DNA of 12,457 nt from Patescibacteria group bacterium (GTDB lineage Bacteria > Patescibacteriota > Minisyncoccia > UBA6257 > HR35), in assembly GCA_023480925.1 (NCBI GenBank), contig JAMCWY010000001.1, positions 1 through 12,457 of the forward strand, written 5' to 3'. The notes under the pieces are model-generated. The model did no database searches. It had not been told where the DNA came from and saw only the letters and a list, made by a program, of their open reading frames with translations. Positions within the stretch are counted from its first letter, which is position 1. Every line of letters starts with the position of its first letter. Positions 1 to 7,558 of the stretch are shown piece after piece. A program made the position numbers and the translations under genes.

Positions 1-41
1 GCGAGCAATGAACGAAAGCGTCAAGATTAACTTTCTCAAAA

Positions 42-500
42 TTATTCGAAAGACCGATCCGCAAACGACGGCATTCGATCGACGCAATGCCTTTTAATCG
101 CCTCGGCCGGAGTCAAGCCTTGGCCATAAAAATAAGACCACTCCGATTTTGGCAAAATGTTCCTGACCGCCTCACCCCACTTGACGAAATAGTCGGCGGC
201 TTCAAGCGGAAATTTTTCGTGTTGCGTTCCGTTCCGCCGGCAAGAATTCATCCGGTCGCAAATCCGTCGCGCCGAACTCTTAGTGACAAAGACGATCCTC
301 GACTGATTCCGTTGATAGGCTGAACCGTCATAGACCAAATCTTCCTCCAAAAGAACGAAGACCAACCACTTTAGATCGATTGGCGTCAACAAAATCGACT
401 CGCTGTAGTTAATACCTAAATCCTGGAAAGACGAAGAAGAAAGCAAAGTCAGCTCTCCTATTTCAATCTTGTCGCCACTGGGCAGACGAATCATAGCCAT
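42..500 (-). CDS. Hypothetical protein, about 152 aa, no family recognised
   Basis: The open frame runs 42..539 and ends in TAA at 42-44. I prefer the ATG at 498-500 (MAMIRLPSGDKIEIGEL...) because AAGGA lies about 8 nt upstream of it. The ATGs at 504-506 and 537-539 have no usable SD spacing. A near-consensus promoter sits just upstream at 558-586. I recognise no conserved motifs. Confidence 0.6.
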   Translation of the reverse strand: MAMIRLPSGDKIEIGELTLLSSSSFQDLGINYSESILLTPIDLKWLVFVLLEEDLVYDGSAYQRNQSRIVFVTKSSARRICDRMNSCRRNGTQHEKFPLEAADYFVKWGEAVRNILPKSEWSYFYGQGLTPAEAIKRHCVDRMPSFADRSFE

Positions 501-557
501 AATCATTTTCCTTTCTTGATTAGTGAACGAAGCGATCATTATTTGATCACTCGTCTA

Positions 558-586
558 TTTATAACAAAATATCGCGCGTTTGTCAA
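558..586 (-). promoter_or_regulatory. Sigma70-type promoter with extended -10, driving the 42..500 ORF
   Basis: Minus-strand reading is TTGACA (581-586), a 17-nt spacer, then TGT-TATAAA (-10 at 558-563, TG at 565-566). Both hexamers are near consensus with ideal spacing and correct orientation. Confidence 0.6.
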
Positions 587-650
587 ATTCGTGAATAACT
601 CAAAAACCGACTCGTTAAATTTCAACTTCTTTGGTTTAGCCATGGTCTTT

Positions 651-680
651 TTAGACCCACTATGCTTCTGGCCTTATAAT
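651..680 (+). promoter_or_regulatory. Candidate sigma70-type promoter for the murG operon
   Basis: TTAGAC (651-656), an 18-nt spacer, then TATAAT (675-680). It lies about 65 nt upstream of the murG ATG and is divergent from the promoter at 558-586. Confidence 0.5.
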
Positions 681-745
681 AAAAAGATCGAATTAATTTA
701 AAATTAAATTGACCAAATTTATTTTTTCACTGGTTAAAACAAACT

Positions 746-1885
746 ATGCCAAAAACAATTATCTGCGTCACGGGCGGCTCGACCGGCGGGCACTTTTTCC
801 CTCTTTTAACTGTAAGCCAAGCCTTATTCGAAGAAGCGCGCCAAACCGGCCAAGCATTGGAAGTTTTTTATCTGGGCGGCCAACCACTTGAACCAAAAAC
901 TTTACTTCAAAACAATATCGCCGTTAGTATTATTGCCTCGGCCAAGTGGCGGGGCTATTTTGACCCGCGCAATATTGTTGATATTTTAAAATTTCCCCTT
1001 AGTCTAATCCAAGCATTTTGGGCTATTTATAAAACAATGCCGGACGCGATTTTTTCCAAGGGCGGACCGGGCAGTCTGCCGGTCGTGATCGCGGGTTGGT
1101 TCTTCCGCGTTCCGATCCTAATCCACGAATCCGATTCAATCCCGGGCAAAAGCAATCTCATCGCCGCCAAGTTCGCGAAAAAAATCGCCGTTGCTTTTAA
1201 TCGAGCGAAAAAATATTTTCCCGCGGCCAAAACCGCCTTAGTCGGCCAACCGATTGATTTGGATTTTAACCAAATCGAACCGGACCAGACGACTTTTATT
1301 AAATTTGGTCTTGACCGAACCCGACCGATTATTTTAATCATCGGCGGCTCTCAGGGCAGCCAAAAGATCAACGACGTCGCGCTCGAATCGTTGGCTGAAC
1401 TTTTAAATCTGAGTCAAATTATTCATCAAACCGGCCGGAAAAATTTTGAGGACGCGAGGCTGATCGCCCAAGGTTATATTTTAGAAAATCTGCCGACGAA
1501 AAAATCCGATTATCATCCTCTCGCCTTTATCGATCATCGCGATTTGATTGAACTGATAAAAATGAGCGACATTATTATTAGCCGGGCCGGCAGCAGTTCC
1601 ATTTTTGAAATCGCCGCGGCCGGCAAACCTTCAATCCTCGTACCTCTGCCCGAGACGACCAGCAACCGCCATCAAATCGAAAATGCCTATGACTTCGCTG
1701 AAACCGGCGCCGCGGTCGTGATCGAACAGCCGAATTTTAATAAAAATATCTTGGTCGCGATGGTCAAAAGCTTGCTCGTCGACATTGAAACAAAAAAGAG
1801 CATGAGCGTGGCCGCGCTTAAATTCGCCAAACTTCAAGCCGCCAATTTAATCGCCAAAGAATTAATCCTTCTCAGCCAAAACTAA
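746..1885 (+). CDS. murG: UDP-N-acetylglucosamine--N-acetylmuramyl-(pentapeptide) pyrophosphoryl-undecaprenol N-acetylglucosamine transferase (MurG, lipid II synthesis)
   Basis: 379 aa. It has the N-terminal glycine loop VTGGSTGGHFFPLL typical of MurG, a second loop IIGGSQGS, and a GT28-like C-terminal half (SRAGSSSIFEIAAAGKPSILVP...Q..NA). Confidence 0.93.
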   Translation: MPKTIICVTGGSTGGHFFPLLTVSQALFEEARQTGQALEVFYLGGQPLEPKTLLQNNIAVSIIASAKWRGYFDPRNIVDILKFPLSLIQAFWAIYKTMPDAIFSKGGPGSLPVVIAGWFFRVPILIHESDSIPGKSNLIAAKFAKKIAVAFNRAKKYFPAAKTALVGQPIDLDFNQIEPDQTTFIKFGLDRTRPIILIIGGSQGSQKINDVALESLAELLNLSQIIHQTGRKNFEDARLIAQGYILENLPTKKSDYHPLAFIDHRDLIELIKMSDIIISRAGSSSIFEIAAAGKPSILVPLPETTSNRHQIENAYDFAETGAAVVIEQPNFNKNILVAMVKSLLVDIETKKSMSVAALKFAKLQAANLIAKELILLSQN

Positions 1886-2190
1886 TGGTCAAGCCGGAAT
1901 TTTTTAGAAAAATCGCTTTAATTTTGCTAATTCTCCTGCCCTGGCTAATTTTTGCCCATTTCGTTCGAACAACCGAAATCGTTGTCTTCTATCACCCCGG
2001 CCAAAATAATTACAAGATCGCGCCTAAAATCGACCTCTGGTATATTCCTCTTGTTTTTAGCGCTATTTTTATTTATAATTTAATTCTGGGTTTGGTTTTT
2101 AAAAACCTTGAGGTTTTCGATAAACTTAACTTAATCGTCGTCGCGGTTAACTTAATTAGTTGGCTGTATTTATTTTATTTAAATTTTTAA
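1885..2190 (+). CDS. Small integral membrane protein (about 3 predicted TM segments), function unknown
   Basis: 101 aa. Its ATG overlaps the murG stop (TAATG at 1883-1887), and its stop lies 6 nt before rplU. Three hydrophobic stretches: IALILLILLPWLIFAHF, WYIPLVFSAIFIYNLILGLVF, LNLIVVAVNLISWLYLFYLNF. No family recognised. Confidence 0.6.
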   Translation: MVKPEFFRKIALILLILLPWLIFAHFVRTTEIVVFYHPGQNNYKIAPKIDLWYIPLVFSAIFIYNLILGLVFKNLEVFDKLNLIVVAVNLISWLYLFYLNF

Positions 2191-2196
2191 ATTCAA

Positions 2197-2514
2197 ATGT
2201 TAGGAGTGATTCAAACCGGCGGTAAACAATATTTAGTTAGAGAAAAAGACAAAATCGAAATCGAAAAAATCAAAACCAAAGATAAAGATAAAATTATCTT
2301 CGACAAGATTCTTTTGGTTTACGACGATCAATCGGACAAACTTTTTTTAGGCAACCCCTTTCTCGCCCAAGGCGAGGTTGAAGCGAGTTTAGTCGGAGAA
2401 AAAATCAAAAAAACTTTAGTTTGGAAATTCAAATCCAAAACTCGTTATCGCAAAAAGAAAGGTTATAAAAAAACAGTTTGGCAAGTTCGAATTGAAAAAA
2501 TAAAAATCGGCTAA
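2197..2514 (+). CDS. rplU: 50S ribosomal protein L21 (bL21)
   Basis: 105 aa. The N-terminus MLGVIQTGGKQYLVREKDKIEIEKI matches the L21 signature (xAVIxTGGKQYxV). The basic C-terminal part KFKSKTRYRKKKGYKKTVWQVRIEKI is also typical. Confidence 0.93.
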   Translation: MLGVIQTGGKQYLVREKDKIEIEKIKTKDKDKIIFDKILLVYDDQSDKLFLGNPFLAQGEVEASLVGEKIKKTLVWKFKSKTRYRKKKGYKKTVWQVRIEKIKIG

Positions 2515-2528
2515 AAATAAAAATCGGC
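2496..2528 (+). repeat. Perfect 16-nt tandem direct repeat (17-nt period) spanning the rplU stop codon
   Basis: AAAAATAAAAATCGGC occurs at 2496-2511 and again at 2513-2528, separated only by T2512. The first copy encodes the last residues (KIKIG). The second lies directly after the TAA. Confidence 0.85.
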
Positions 2529-2575
2529 GGCCAAGTTGTTTGTCACCTCCAGGTTAAATTAAAAAAATTTTAGCC

Positions 2576-2614
2576 AAAAAAATGGTGGCGATCAAGTTCT
2601 AATTGACGCCACCA
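2576..2614 (-). terminator. Rho-independent terminator for the minus-strand phosphohexomutase-mltG unit
   Basis: The hairpin pairs GGTGGCG(A)TCAA (2584-2595) with TTGACGCCACC (2603-2613). That gives 11 bp with one bulge and a 7-nt loop. On the minus strand it is followed by a T7 run (plus-strand A7 at 2576-2582). It lies about 65 nt downstream of the mltG stop. No U-tract follows it on the plus strand. Confidence 0.7.
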
Positions 2615-2678
2615 AACAAAATAATATAGGGGGAGCAACGAAAAACTTATTAGTTTATTTTAATAGAACTTTTGAAAA

Positions 2679-3695
2679 TTATCTTAAATACCGGTTGATA
2701 TTAGACTCTTGTTCTCTTAATGTTTTGGCAAAAATCATCTGGCCCTTGTTGGTGGTGATATAATACCAGTAATCGGTTTTAAGCGGTGAAAAAGCCGCGC
2801 TAATCGCGTCAAGGCCAGGATTAGAAATCGGCGTTGGCGGCAAACCGAGATTTTTGTAAGTGTTATAAGGCGAGTTAGTCTTTAAATCGGAAGCGTTAAC
2901 TTGCCAGCTGCAGGGATAAGCCGAACACTTGACATAGGCGATGCTCGAATCGATCTGAAGCGGCTTATGGTTAGCCAACCGTTTTTCGATGATGCCGGCG
3001 ACAACCCGCATATCGTTCGGATTCTTCGCCTCTTTCTCAACCAACGAAGCGATAATTAGATTTTGGTAAAAATTTTGGCCGGGATTTTTCAAAAAAAGCG
3101 GGAGAAATTTTTTGGAAAAGTTGGCCAAAAACTTTTCTTCAATCGAATGAGTGGTTTCTTCCGGAAAAAACTCATAAGTGTCCGGCGCGAGAAAACCTTC
3201 GAGCGTGGCCGTGGCCGGAAAATATTTATTCAGATCGATATTGGAAAAATCGGCCAACTTGGCTTTGGTTAAATCAATCTTTTTATTGGATAAACTTTGG
3301 TTAAGCAAACCCTGAACTTCGATCAAACTTAAACCGTCGGGAAAAGCGATTTTGATCCCGCGGCCACCCCTGACCAGCATCTTGGCCACGGCCGGAATAT
3401 TCAGATCGCCTTGAAAATTATAATAGCCGGCCTTAATCGCTTGAGCCTGACCGCTCAAATAAAGATAAACTTTCAGGTAAAAACTTGACCGGACAATGTT
3501 GGCCCGGTTGAGCGCGTTCGTCACCGCGCCCATTGAACTCTGAGGCGGAATGTAAATTGTTTGGCCCGGCGGCGAGATGTAAGTTGAAACATAAATAGAA
3601 TAAAAACCGTTTAGGACGATAAAACTGAAAATAAGGATAATAAAAAACCACGGATAAATTCTTAAAATTTTTCTTAGGAATTCTTCTTGAGCCAT
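2679..3695 (-). CDS. mltG: Endolytic murein transglycosylase MltG (YceG family)
   Basis: 338 aa. It has an N-terminal TM segment (IYPWFFIILIFSFIVLNGF) and YceG hallmarks: KAGYYNF, IIASLVEKEA, SPYNTYKNLGLPPTPISNPG and DYWYYI. Confidence 0.92.
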   Translation of the reverse strand: MAQEEFLRKILRIYPWFFIILIFSFIVLNGFYSIYVSTYISPPGQTIYIPPQSSMGAVTNALNRANIVRSSFYLKVYLYLSGQAQAIKAGYYNFQGDLNIPAVAKMLVRGGRGIKIAFPDGLSLIEVQGLLNQSLSNKKIDLTKAKLADFSNIDLNKYFPATATLEGFLAPDTYEFFPEETTHSIEEKFLANFSKKFLPLFLKNPGQNFYQNLIIASLVEKEAKNPNDMRVVAGIIEKRLANHKPLQIDSSIAYVKCSAYPCSWQVNASDLKTNSPYNTYKNLGLPPTPISNPGLDAISAAFSPLKTDYWYYITTNKGQMIFAKTLREQESNINRYLR

Positions 3696-4867
3696 ATTTG
3701 AATAAATTTTTTAATCCGCCCCGACTCTTTTCCTTCAACCAAAACCCGCAACCGATTTTTTTCGGTTTGAGAAAATCGAAGATGAACGCGACCAAAATCG
3801 TTTTTTAACTCAACCCCGTCAAATCTTTTTATTTTAAAGCAAAAACTTTTGGTTAAATCTTTAATCAAAAATCGAAATTGGCTTTGGTCAAAGTTTAGAG
3901 TAAAACGGTCGATTTGGAAATGAAATCCCTTGATTAGTTCATCCAAATCCTCGCTTTCTTCAAGCGCGAATAATTTTAACAGAGCCATCAGCGGCGCTTC
4001 GGTCTGGATCTCTTTGAAAAAATAAAAATGACCCGACGGTTCAATGGCCAAGTCAAGTCGATAACGATTAAAAGCGGCTTTAAAGCTTGAATGGCCGGTC
4101 CGAATTAGATAAAACTTTTTATTCGGGAAAATTTCTTTCAAACGTTCGCTTAAAACAATCGGCAGGCCAATTTTTTCATAATTTTGATCGCGCAAAAACA
4201 AACTCAAAATCGTTTCGGTTAAAAGCTTTTTTTGGTCAAACCAAATTTCAAGCCGGTCGCCGTCAAAATCGGATCGGACAAAAATTTTCGCCCGCGGCTT
4301 AATTTTTACTCGCGGAAAAACTTTTGGTAAAAGCTGGAATAAAAAAACGTTGGCGCTTTGGTTCGACCGATCAAAATTAAATTGGTGTTTTCGCTTAAAA
4401 TTAAAAAACTTTTTTAAATCATCAAGGTACCGTTTATAAACGTTCGGGTTCGATTCAGCCACGTTTTTTTGATTAAAATTAAACTCAGCCTCGTCCGGAC
4501 CAGACTTAAGCTTTGGCCACTGGCCTGAATAAGTCCAAATTTCATTACTAGGCAGAAAAAATTTGAAACCGTTGAAATCCGGGTCAAGATGCGAGGCGGT
4601 CACGATCACGCCTGGCTTTTTTTCTTTCAAAACAAGGTGATAAAAAAGCGGCGTCGGCGCCGAACCCAACAATCGCGCCGACGGGAAAACTTTTTTAATC
4701 GCCGCGGCCAAAGATTGACTGGACGGACGCAAATCCTGAGCGATTAAAATTTTTTCTTGAAATTTTTTTTTAACCAAAAATTTCTTGAACTCGATCGCCA
4801 AAAAATTCGCCAAGGCGAAATTAATTTCCTCAGGAAACCTGCCCCGAATATCGTAATGTCTGAACAT
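3674..4867 (-). CDS. Alpha-D-phosphohexomutase family protein (phosphomannomutase/phosphoglucomutase-like), short and divergent
   Basis: 397 aa. All four family motifs are present in order: the N-terminal FRHYDIRG; catalytic loop VIVTASHLDPDFNGFKF (Ser92 at 4592-4594); metal loop DFDGDR (about 4253-4270); sugar loop EPSGH; phosphate loop RFSQTE. Its stop overlaps the mltG start by 22 nt. Substrate specificity cannot be determined from the sequence. Confidence 0.85.
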   Translation of the reverse strand: MFRHYDIRGRFPEEINFALANFLAIEFKKFLVKKKFQEKILIAQDLRPSSQSLAAAIKKVFPSARLLGSAPTPLFYHLVLKEKKPGVIVTASHLDPDFNGFKFFLPSNEIWTYSGQWPKLKSGPDEAEFNFNQKNVAESNPNVYKRYLDDLKKFFNFKRKHQFNFDRSNQSANVFLFQLLPKVFPRVKIKPRAKIFVRSDFDGDRLEIWFDQKKLLTETILSLFLRDQNYEKIGLPIVLSERLKEIFPNKKFYLIRTGHSSFKAAFNRYRLDLAIEPSGHFYFFKEIQTEAPLMALLKLFALEESEDLDELIKGFHFQIDRFTLNFDQSQFRFLIKDLTKSFCFKIKRFDGVELKNDFGRVHLRFSQTEKNRLRVLVEGKESGRIKKFIQIWLKKNS

Positions 4868-4881
4868 TAACTTATTTAAAA

Positions 4882-4887
4882 ATTATA
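4882..4887 (-). promoter_or_regulatory. Possible -10 element (TATAAT) for the phosphohexomutase-mltG unit
   Basis: A perfect TATAAT on the minus strand lies 14 nt upstream of the ATG at 4865-4867. No convincing -35 is present at 16-18 nt spacing (TATCGC), so this call is weak. Confidence 0.3.
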
Positions 4888-5025
4888 AATCAAAAGCGCG
4901 CGACGCGATAGCCCTAAAAAACAACGGCCAAATTAAAAAAGTGAAAAATCTTTAAGACTTTGAGCAAAGACGGGCTGAATCAAAAGCTCCAACGCGATTA
5001 TTTTTAATTTATGATCTAATTTTAG

Positions 5026-5490
5026 CTATTTGATTATTTTAGAGACTTGAAATTTTTGTTTCTTGGCCGCGATCTCAACCTCGACAACGTCGCCTTTTTT
5101 CCTGCCGACAAAAGCCGCGCCCAAAGGCGATTCGGGCGAAATTTTTCCTTCAAGCGGGCTTACTTCATTAAAACTGACCAAGACCATTTTTTGCTTTTTC
5201 CCCGTTCTCAAATTTTTAACTTCGAAAGCCGAGCCGAGCCTGATCTTATCGCCTTCCCGGCTCGATTTGATCACGGTCGCCTCTCTCAAAACATTTTCGA
5301 GTTGGAAAATTCTCAACTCCAACTGACTCTGAGCGTCAAGCGCCTCTTTGTACTCGGCGTTTTCCGAAAGATCGCCAAAACCGCGGGCGGTTTTAATTCT
5401 TTCGGCAATCTCGCGCCGACTCTCTTTTTTTAAAATCTCGATCTCTTCTTTTAGACGCTGATACGATTCTTTTGAGAGTATTTTTGACAT
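5026..5490 (-). CDS. greA: Transcription elongation factor GreA
   Basis: 154 aa from the ATG at 5488-5490: MSKILSKESYQRLKEEIEILKK...GDLSENAEYKEALDAQSQLELRIFQLE..., followed by a C-terminal globular domain. Length and N-terminus match GreA. The 35-codon upstream extension in the ORF track (to 5595) covers the promoter and has no GreA counterpart. Confidence 0.93.
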   Translation of the reverse strand: MSKILSKESYQRLKEEIEILKKESRREIAERIKTARGFGDLSENAEYKEALDAQSQLELRIFQLENVLREATVIKSSREGDKIRLGSAFEVKNLRTGKKQKMVLVSFNEVSPLEGKISPESPLGAAFVGRKKGDVVEVEIAAKKQKFQVSKIIK

Positions 5491-5500
5491 CGTAAAAAGA

Positions 5501-5528
5501 ATTTTAAAGGCAAAAATAAAAAAGTCAA
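5501..5528 (-). promoter_or_regulatory. Sigma70-type promoter for greA, giving a near-leaderless transcript
   Basis: Minus-strand reading is TTGACT (5523-5528), a 16-nt spacer, then TAAAAT (5501-5506). Only 10 nt separate the -10 from the greA ATG, and no SD is present. Confidence 0.55.
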
Positions 5529-5710
5529 GCGCGAATCCAGTCCTTCTTGGTTGGTGCCTATAACCAAAACTAAAATTAGTCTTAACAATCAGCAAACTTC
5601 GATTTTTAGATTTTAAGGTTTAAATCGGATCAAAAAGGTTTTACCGATAGCGCCGAGGCAAAAATACAGTTAAAAAAATGTCACGGAAAAACAAGATATT
5701 TTCTCGCCTT

Positions 5711-7540
5711 CTACGGCGTTGAGGTCGCGCTGGCCGGATGCATCGTGAAGTAAGCATTCATCAGTTCCTTGTAAAGAGGCAGGCTCAGACCGGAACCGCT
5801 TGGCGTTTCTTCGAACAAAAGCGTCATCTCGATCTTGGGTTTTCGATAAGGGGCGTAGCCGGTAAAAATCGCGTTAAGTTTGCTGTTGTTTAAAATTTGG
5901 GGCGTGCCGCTCTTGCCGGCAATCGGCACGATCGCATCGGCTAAGGTCGTGGCCGAGCCGGCCGTAACAGTCATTCTCATCCCGGCCTGGACAATTTTAA
6001 GATACTGAGGATTGATTAGGTTAGACCGAATCAGTCGAGGCTGACGCCGGTAAACAACTTGTGACGATGTCGGCGAAAGAATGTCTTTAACGACAAAAGG
6101 CTGGTAAAGATTGTTCGTGGCCAAGGCCGAGGTAAAGTTCGCGATCTGGAGCGGCGTCGTCAGCATATCGCCCTGACCAATACTAACATTATAAGTGTCG
6201 CCGAGATACCAGGTCGGGTTAAGCGGATGCATTTCTTTTTTCGTGGTTGGATCTGGCAAGAAGCCTTTGCCTTCGTCAAGCAAATCAACGCCGGTTGGTT
6301 GGCCGAGACCGAAAAGTTCGTAATATTTTTTAACTCTTTCAATGCCCAAACCAGGCTGATTGCCCGCCCCGCCGCCAATGGTGTAAAAATAGACGTCAAC
6401 TGAATTGGCGATTGCCTGTTCCATATCAACCCAGCCGAAAGTGTTCCAATCTTTGTAAATCGTGTACTGGCCGGGAAAGTATGGATTGGGAATTTTCAAA
6501 TAACCCGGCGCCCAGATTTTTTTATCGGGTGAGATGATATGTTCGGTCAAAGCGCCGCAAGCGGTAATCGGTTTGACGACTGAACCGGGCGCGTATAAAC
6601 CCGAGATGGCGCGATCAAAAAGCGGCTGATCCGGATCCGTCAGAAGCTTTCCCACCCCCGACCGGCCGCTTACAAAAACCTCGCTGTCAAAATTTGGGAA
6701 CGAGATCATCGAGATAATTCCGCCCGTGTTCGGATCCATCGCGATAAAAACGGCTTTTTTCACGCCAATCTGGGCGATGTAGTTTTTGATCAACGCGTAA
6801 GCTTTTTGCTGAAAAGGCTCGTCAATACTTGTAACTAAGTTATAGCCCGGTTGAGCTTCTTTTTTTTTCACCAACCGGACAACGTCGTTAAGCGCGTCTC
6901 GTTCAAACTCAACCGCGCCGGGCTGAGGCCGCAAAAAGTTTTGATAGGCCTGTTCGATTCCGGTCTTGCCAATCAGTTCGTCCGGGCCAACGTCAAATTC
7001 TTTCATCTCCGTTTTATTTGGAAAGCCAAGATAACCGACGAGATTGCCAAAACCATTGCCGCCGAGATAAACTCGCTCATAACTGTCTAAAATCCGAAAG
7101 CTGAGATCGTTCGGGTAAAGCGTCAGAATTTTCAAAGCAGATTGGCGAGGTAAACTTTTGACCACGACCGACGAGTCGTAAATTTTTTGGACATCAAGAT
7201 GATATTGGCCAACGATCTCGTTTAAAAGATTGGCCTTGGCCGGCGTGAGATGATTTAAATCAACGAAAAGATCGAAACTGGGTTTATTTGAAGCGATTAA
7301 GTGGCCATAGCGATCGTAAATCAAACCCCGAGGCGCGTTCGTGGAAATTTTCAAAGTCGCGTAAGATTCGGCCGTGGTCAAGTACTCTTGATGACTAAAA
7401 ATATTCAACTTCAAAAAATTAAAGGAAATAAGAATCAGAGCGGCGACGAAAAGTCGCGGCAAAATTTTGGGCAGATCGAACTCTTTTAAAAAATCTTGGC
7501 CTTGTTTTTGAAATAAATTTTCCTCAAACCATTCCATCAC
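5711..7540 (-). CDS. mrdA: Penicillin-binding protein 2 (elongasome class B transpeptidase)
   Basis: 609 aa. It has an N-terminal TM anchor, a PBP dimerisation region (APRGLIYDRYGHLIASNKP), and the transpeptidase motifs SVVKP (SxxK), NSVD (SxN-like) and GKSGT (KTG-like). It follows mreD directly. The start is GTG at 7538-7540 or the adjacent ATG at 7535-7537. Confidence 0.93.
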   Translation of the reverse strand: MMEWFEENLFQKQGQDFLKEFDLPKILPRLFVAALILISFNFLKLNIFSHQEYLTTAESYATLKISTNAPRGLIYDRYGHLIASNKPSFDLFVDLNHLTPAKANLLNEIVGQYHLDVQKIYDSSVVVKSLPRQSALKILTLYPNDLSFRILDSYERVYLGGNGFGNLVGYLGFPNKTEMKEFDVGPDELIGKTGIEQAYQNFLRPQPGAVEFERDALNDVVRLVKKKEAQPGYNLVTSIDEPFQQKAYALIKNYIAQIGVKKAVFIAMDPNTGGIISMISFPNFDSEVFVSGRSGVGKLLTDPDQPLFDRAISGLYAPGSVVKPITACGALTEHIISPDKKIWAPGYLKIPNPYFPGQYTIYKDWNTFGWVDMEQAIANSVDVYFYTIGGGAGNQPGLGIERVKKYYELFGLGQPTGVDLLDEGKGFLPDPTTKKEMHPLNPTWYLGDTYNVSIGQGDMLTTPLQIANFTSALATNNLYQPFVVKDILSPTSSQVVYRRQPRLIRSNLINPQYLKIVQAGMRMTVTAGSATTLADAIVPIAGKSGTPQILNNSKLNAIFTGYAPYRKPKIEMTLLFEETPSGSGLSLPLYKELMNAYFTMHPASATSTP

Positions 7541-7558
7541 GAAAAATAAAGTTTAAAA

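Noticed and set aside
87-323. 78-aa plus-strand ORF inside the orphan minus-strand ORF
   Set aside because: It lies entirely antisense to the longer 42..539 frame. It has no promoter or RBS of its own, and its Arg/Pro/Leu-rich composition is typical of a shadow frame.
516-891. Two short plus-strand ORFs (516..701 and 709..891) in and around the divergent promoter region
   Set aside because: Both start at TTG. The first spans sequence better explained by the two divergent promoters. The second overlaps murG out of frame. Neither resembles a known protein.
1027-1837. Antisense ORFs within murG (1027..1341 and 1631..1837)
   Set aside because: These are shadow frames opposite a confidently identified gene, with no independent signals.
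2544-2550. A perfect GGAGGTG Shine-Dalgarno on the minus strand in the rplU/mltG spacer
   Set aside because: The only start codon at suitable spacing (TTG) opens a 7-codon frame. The site lies downstream of the mltG terminator. It is most likely a chance occurrence.
3063-4302. ORFs 3063..3272(+), 3433..3795(-) and 4087..4302(+) overlapping mltG and the phosphohexomutase
   Set aside because: They are alternate-frame or antisense ORFs inside two genes with clear family motifs. Their low-complexity K/R/F-rich translations are expected from AT-rich antisense sequence.
5047-5433. 128-aa and 87-aa plus-strand ORFs opposite greA
   Set aside because: They are antisense shadows of greA, and greA identity on the minus strand is unambiguous.
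5520-5570. Possible tRNA or small RNA in the mrdA-greA spacer (GCGAATCC string and the TTGGTT...AACCAA inverted repeat)
   Set aside because: No cloverleaf can be drawn: there is no GTTCRANYC T-loop with a paired stem and no acceptor-stem complementarity. The 6-bp hairpin is short and is not followed by a U-tract. It is more simply spacer sequence upstream of the greA promoter.
5491-5595. 35-codon N-terminal extension of the greA ORF in the track
   Set aside because: GreA homologues begin at the MSKIL... position. The extension has no counterpart and would run through the TTGACT/TAAAAT promoter.
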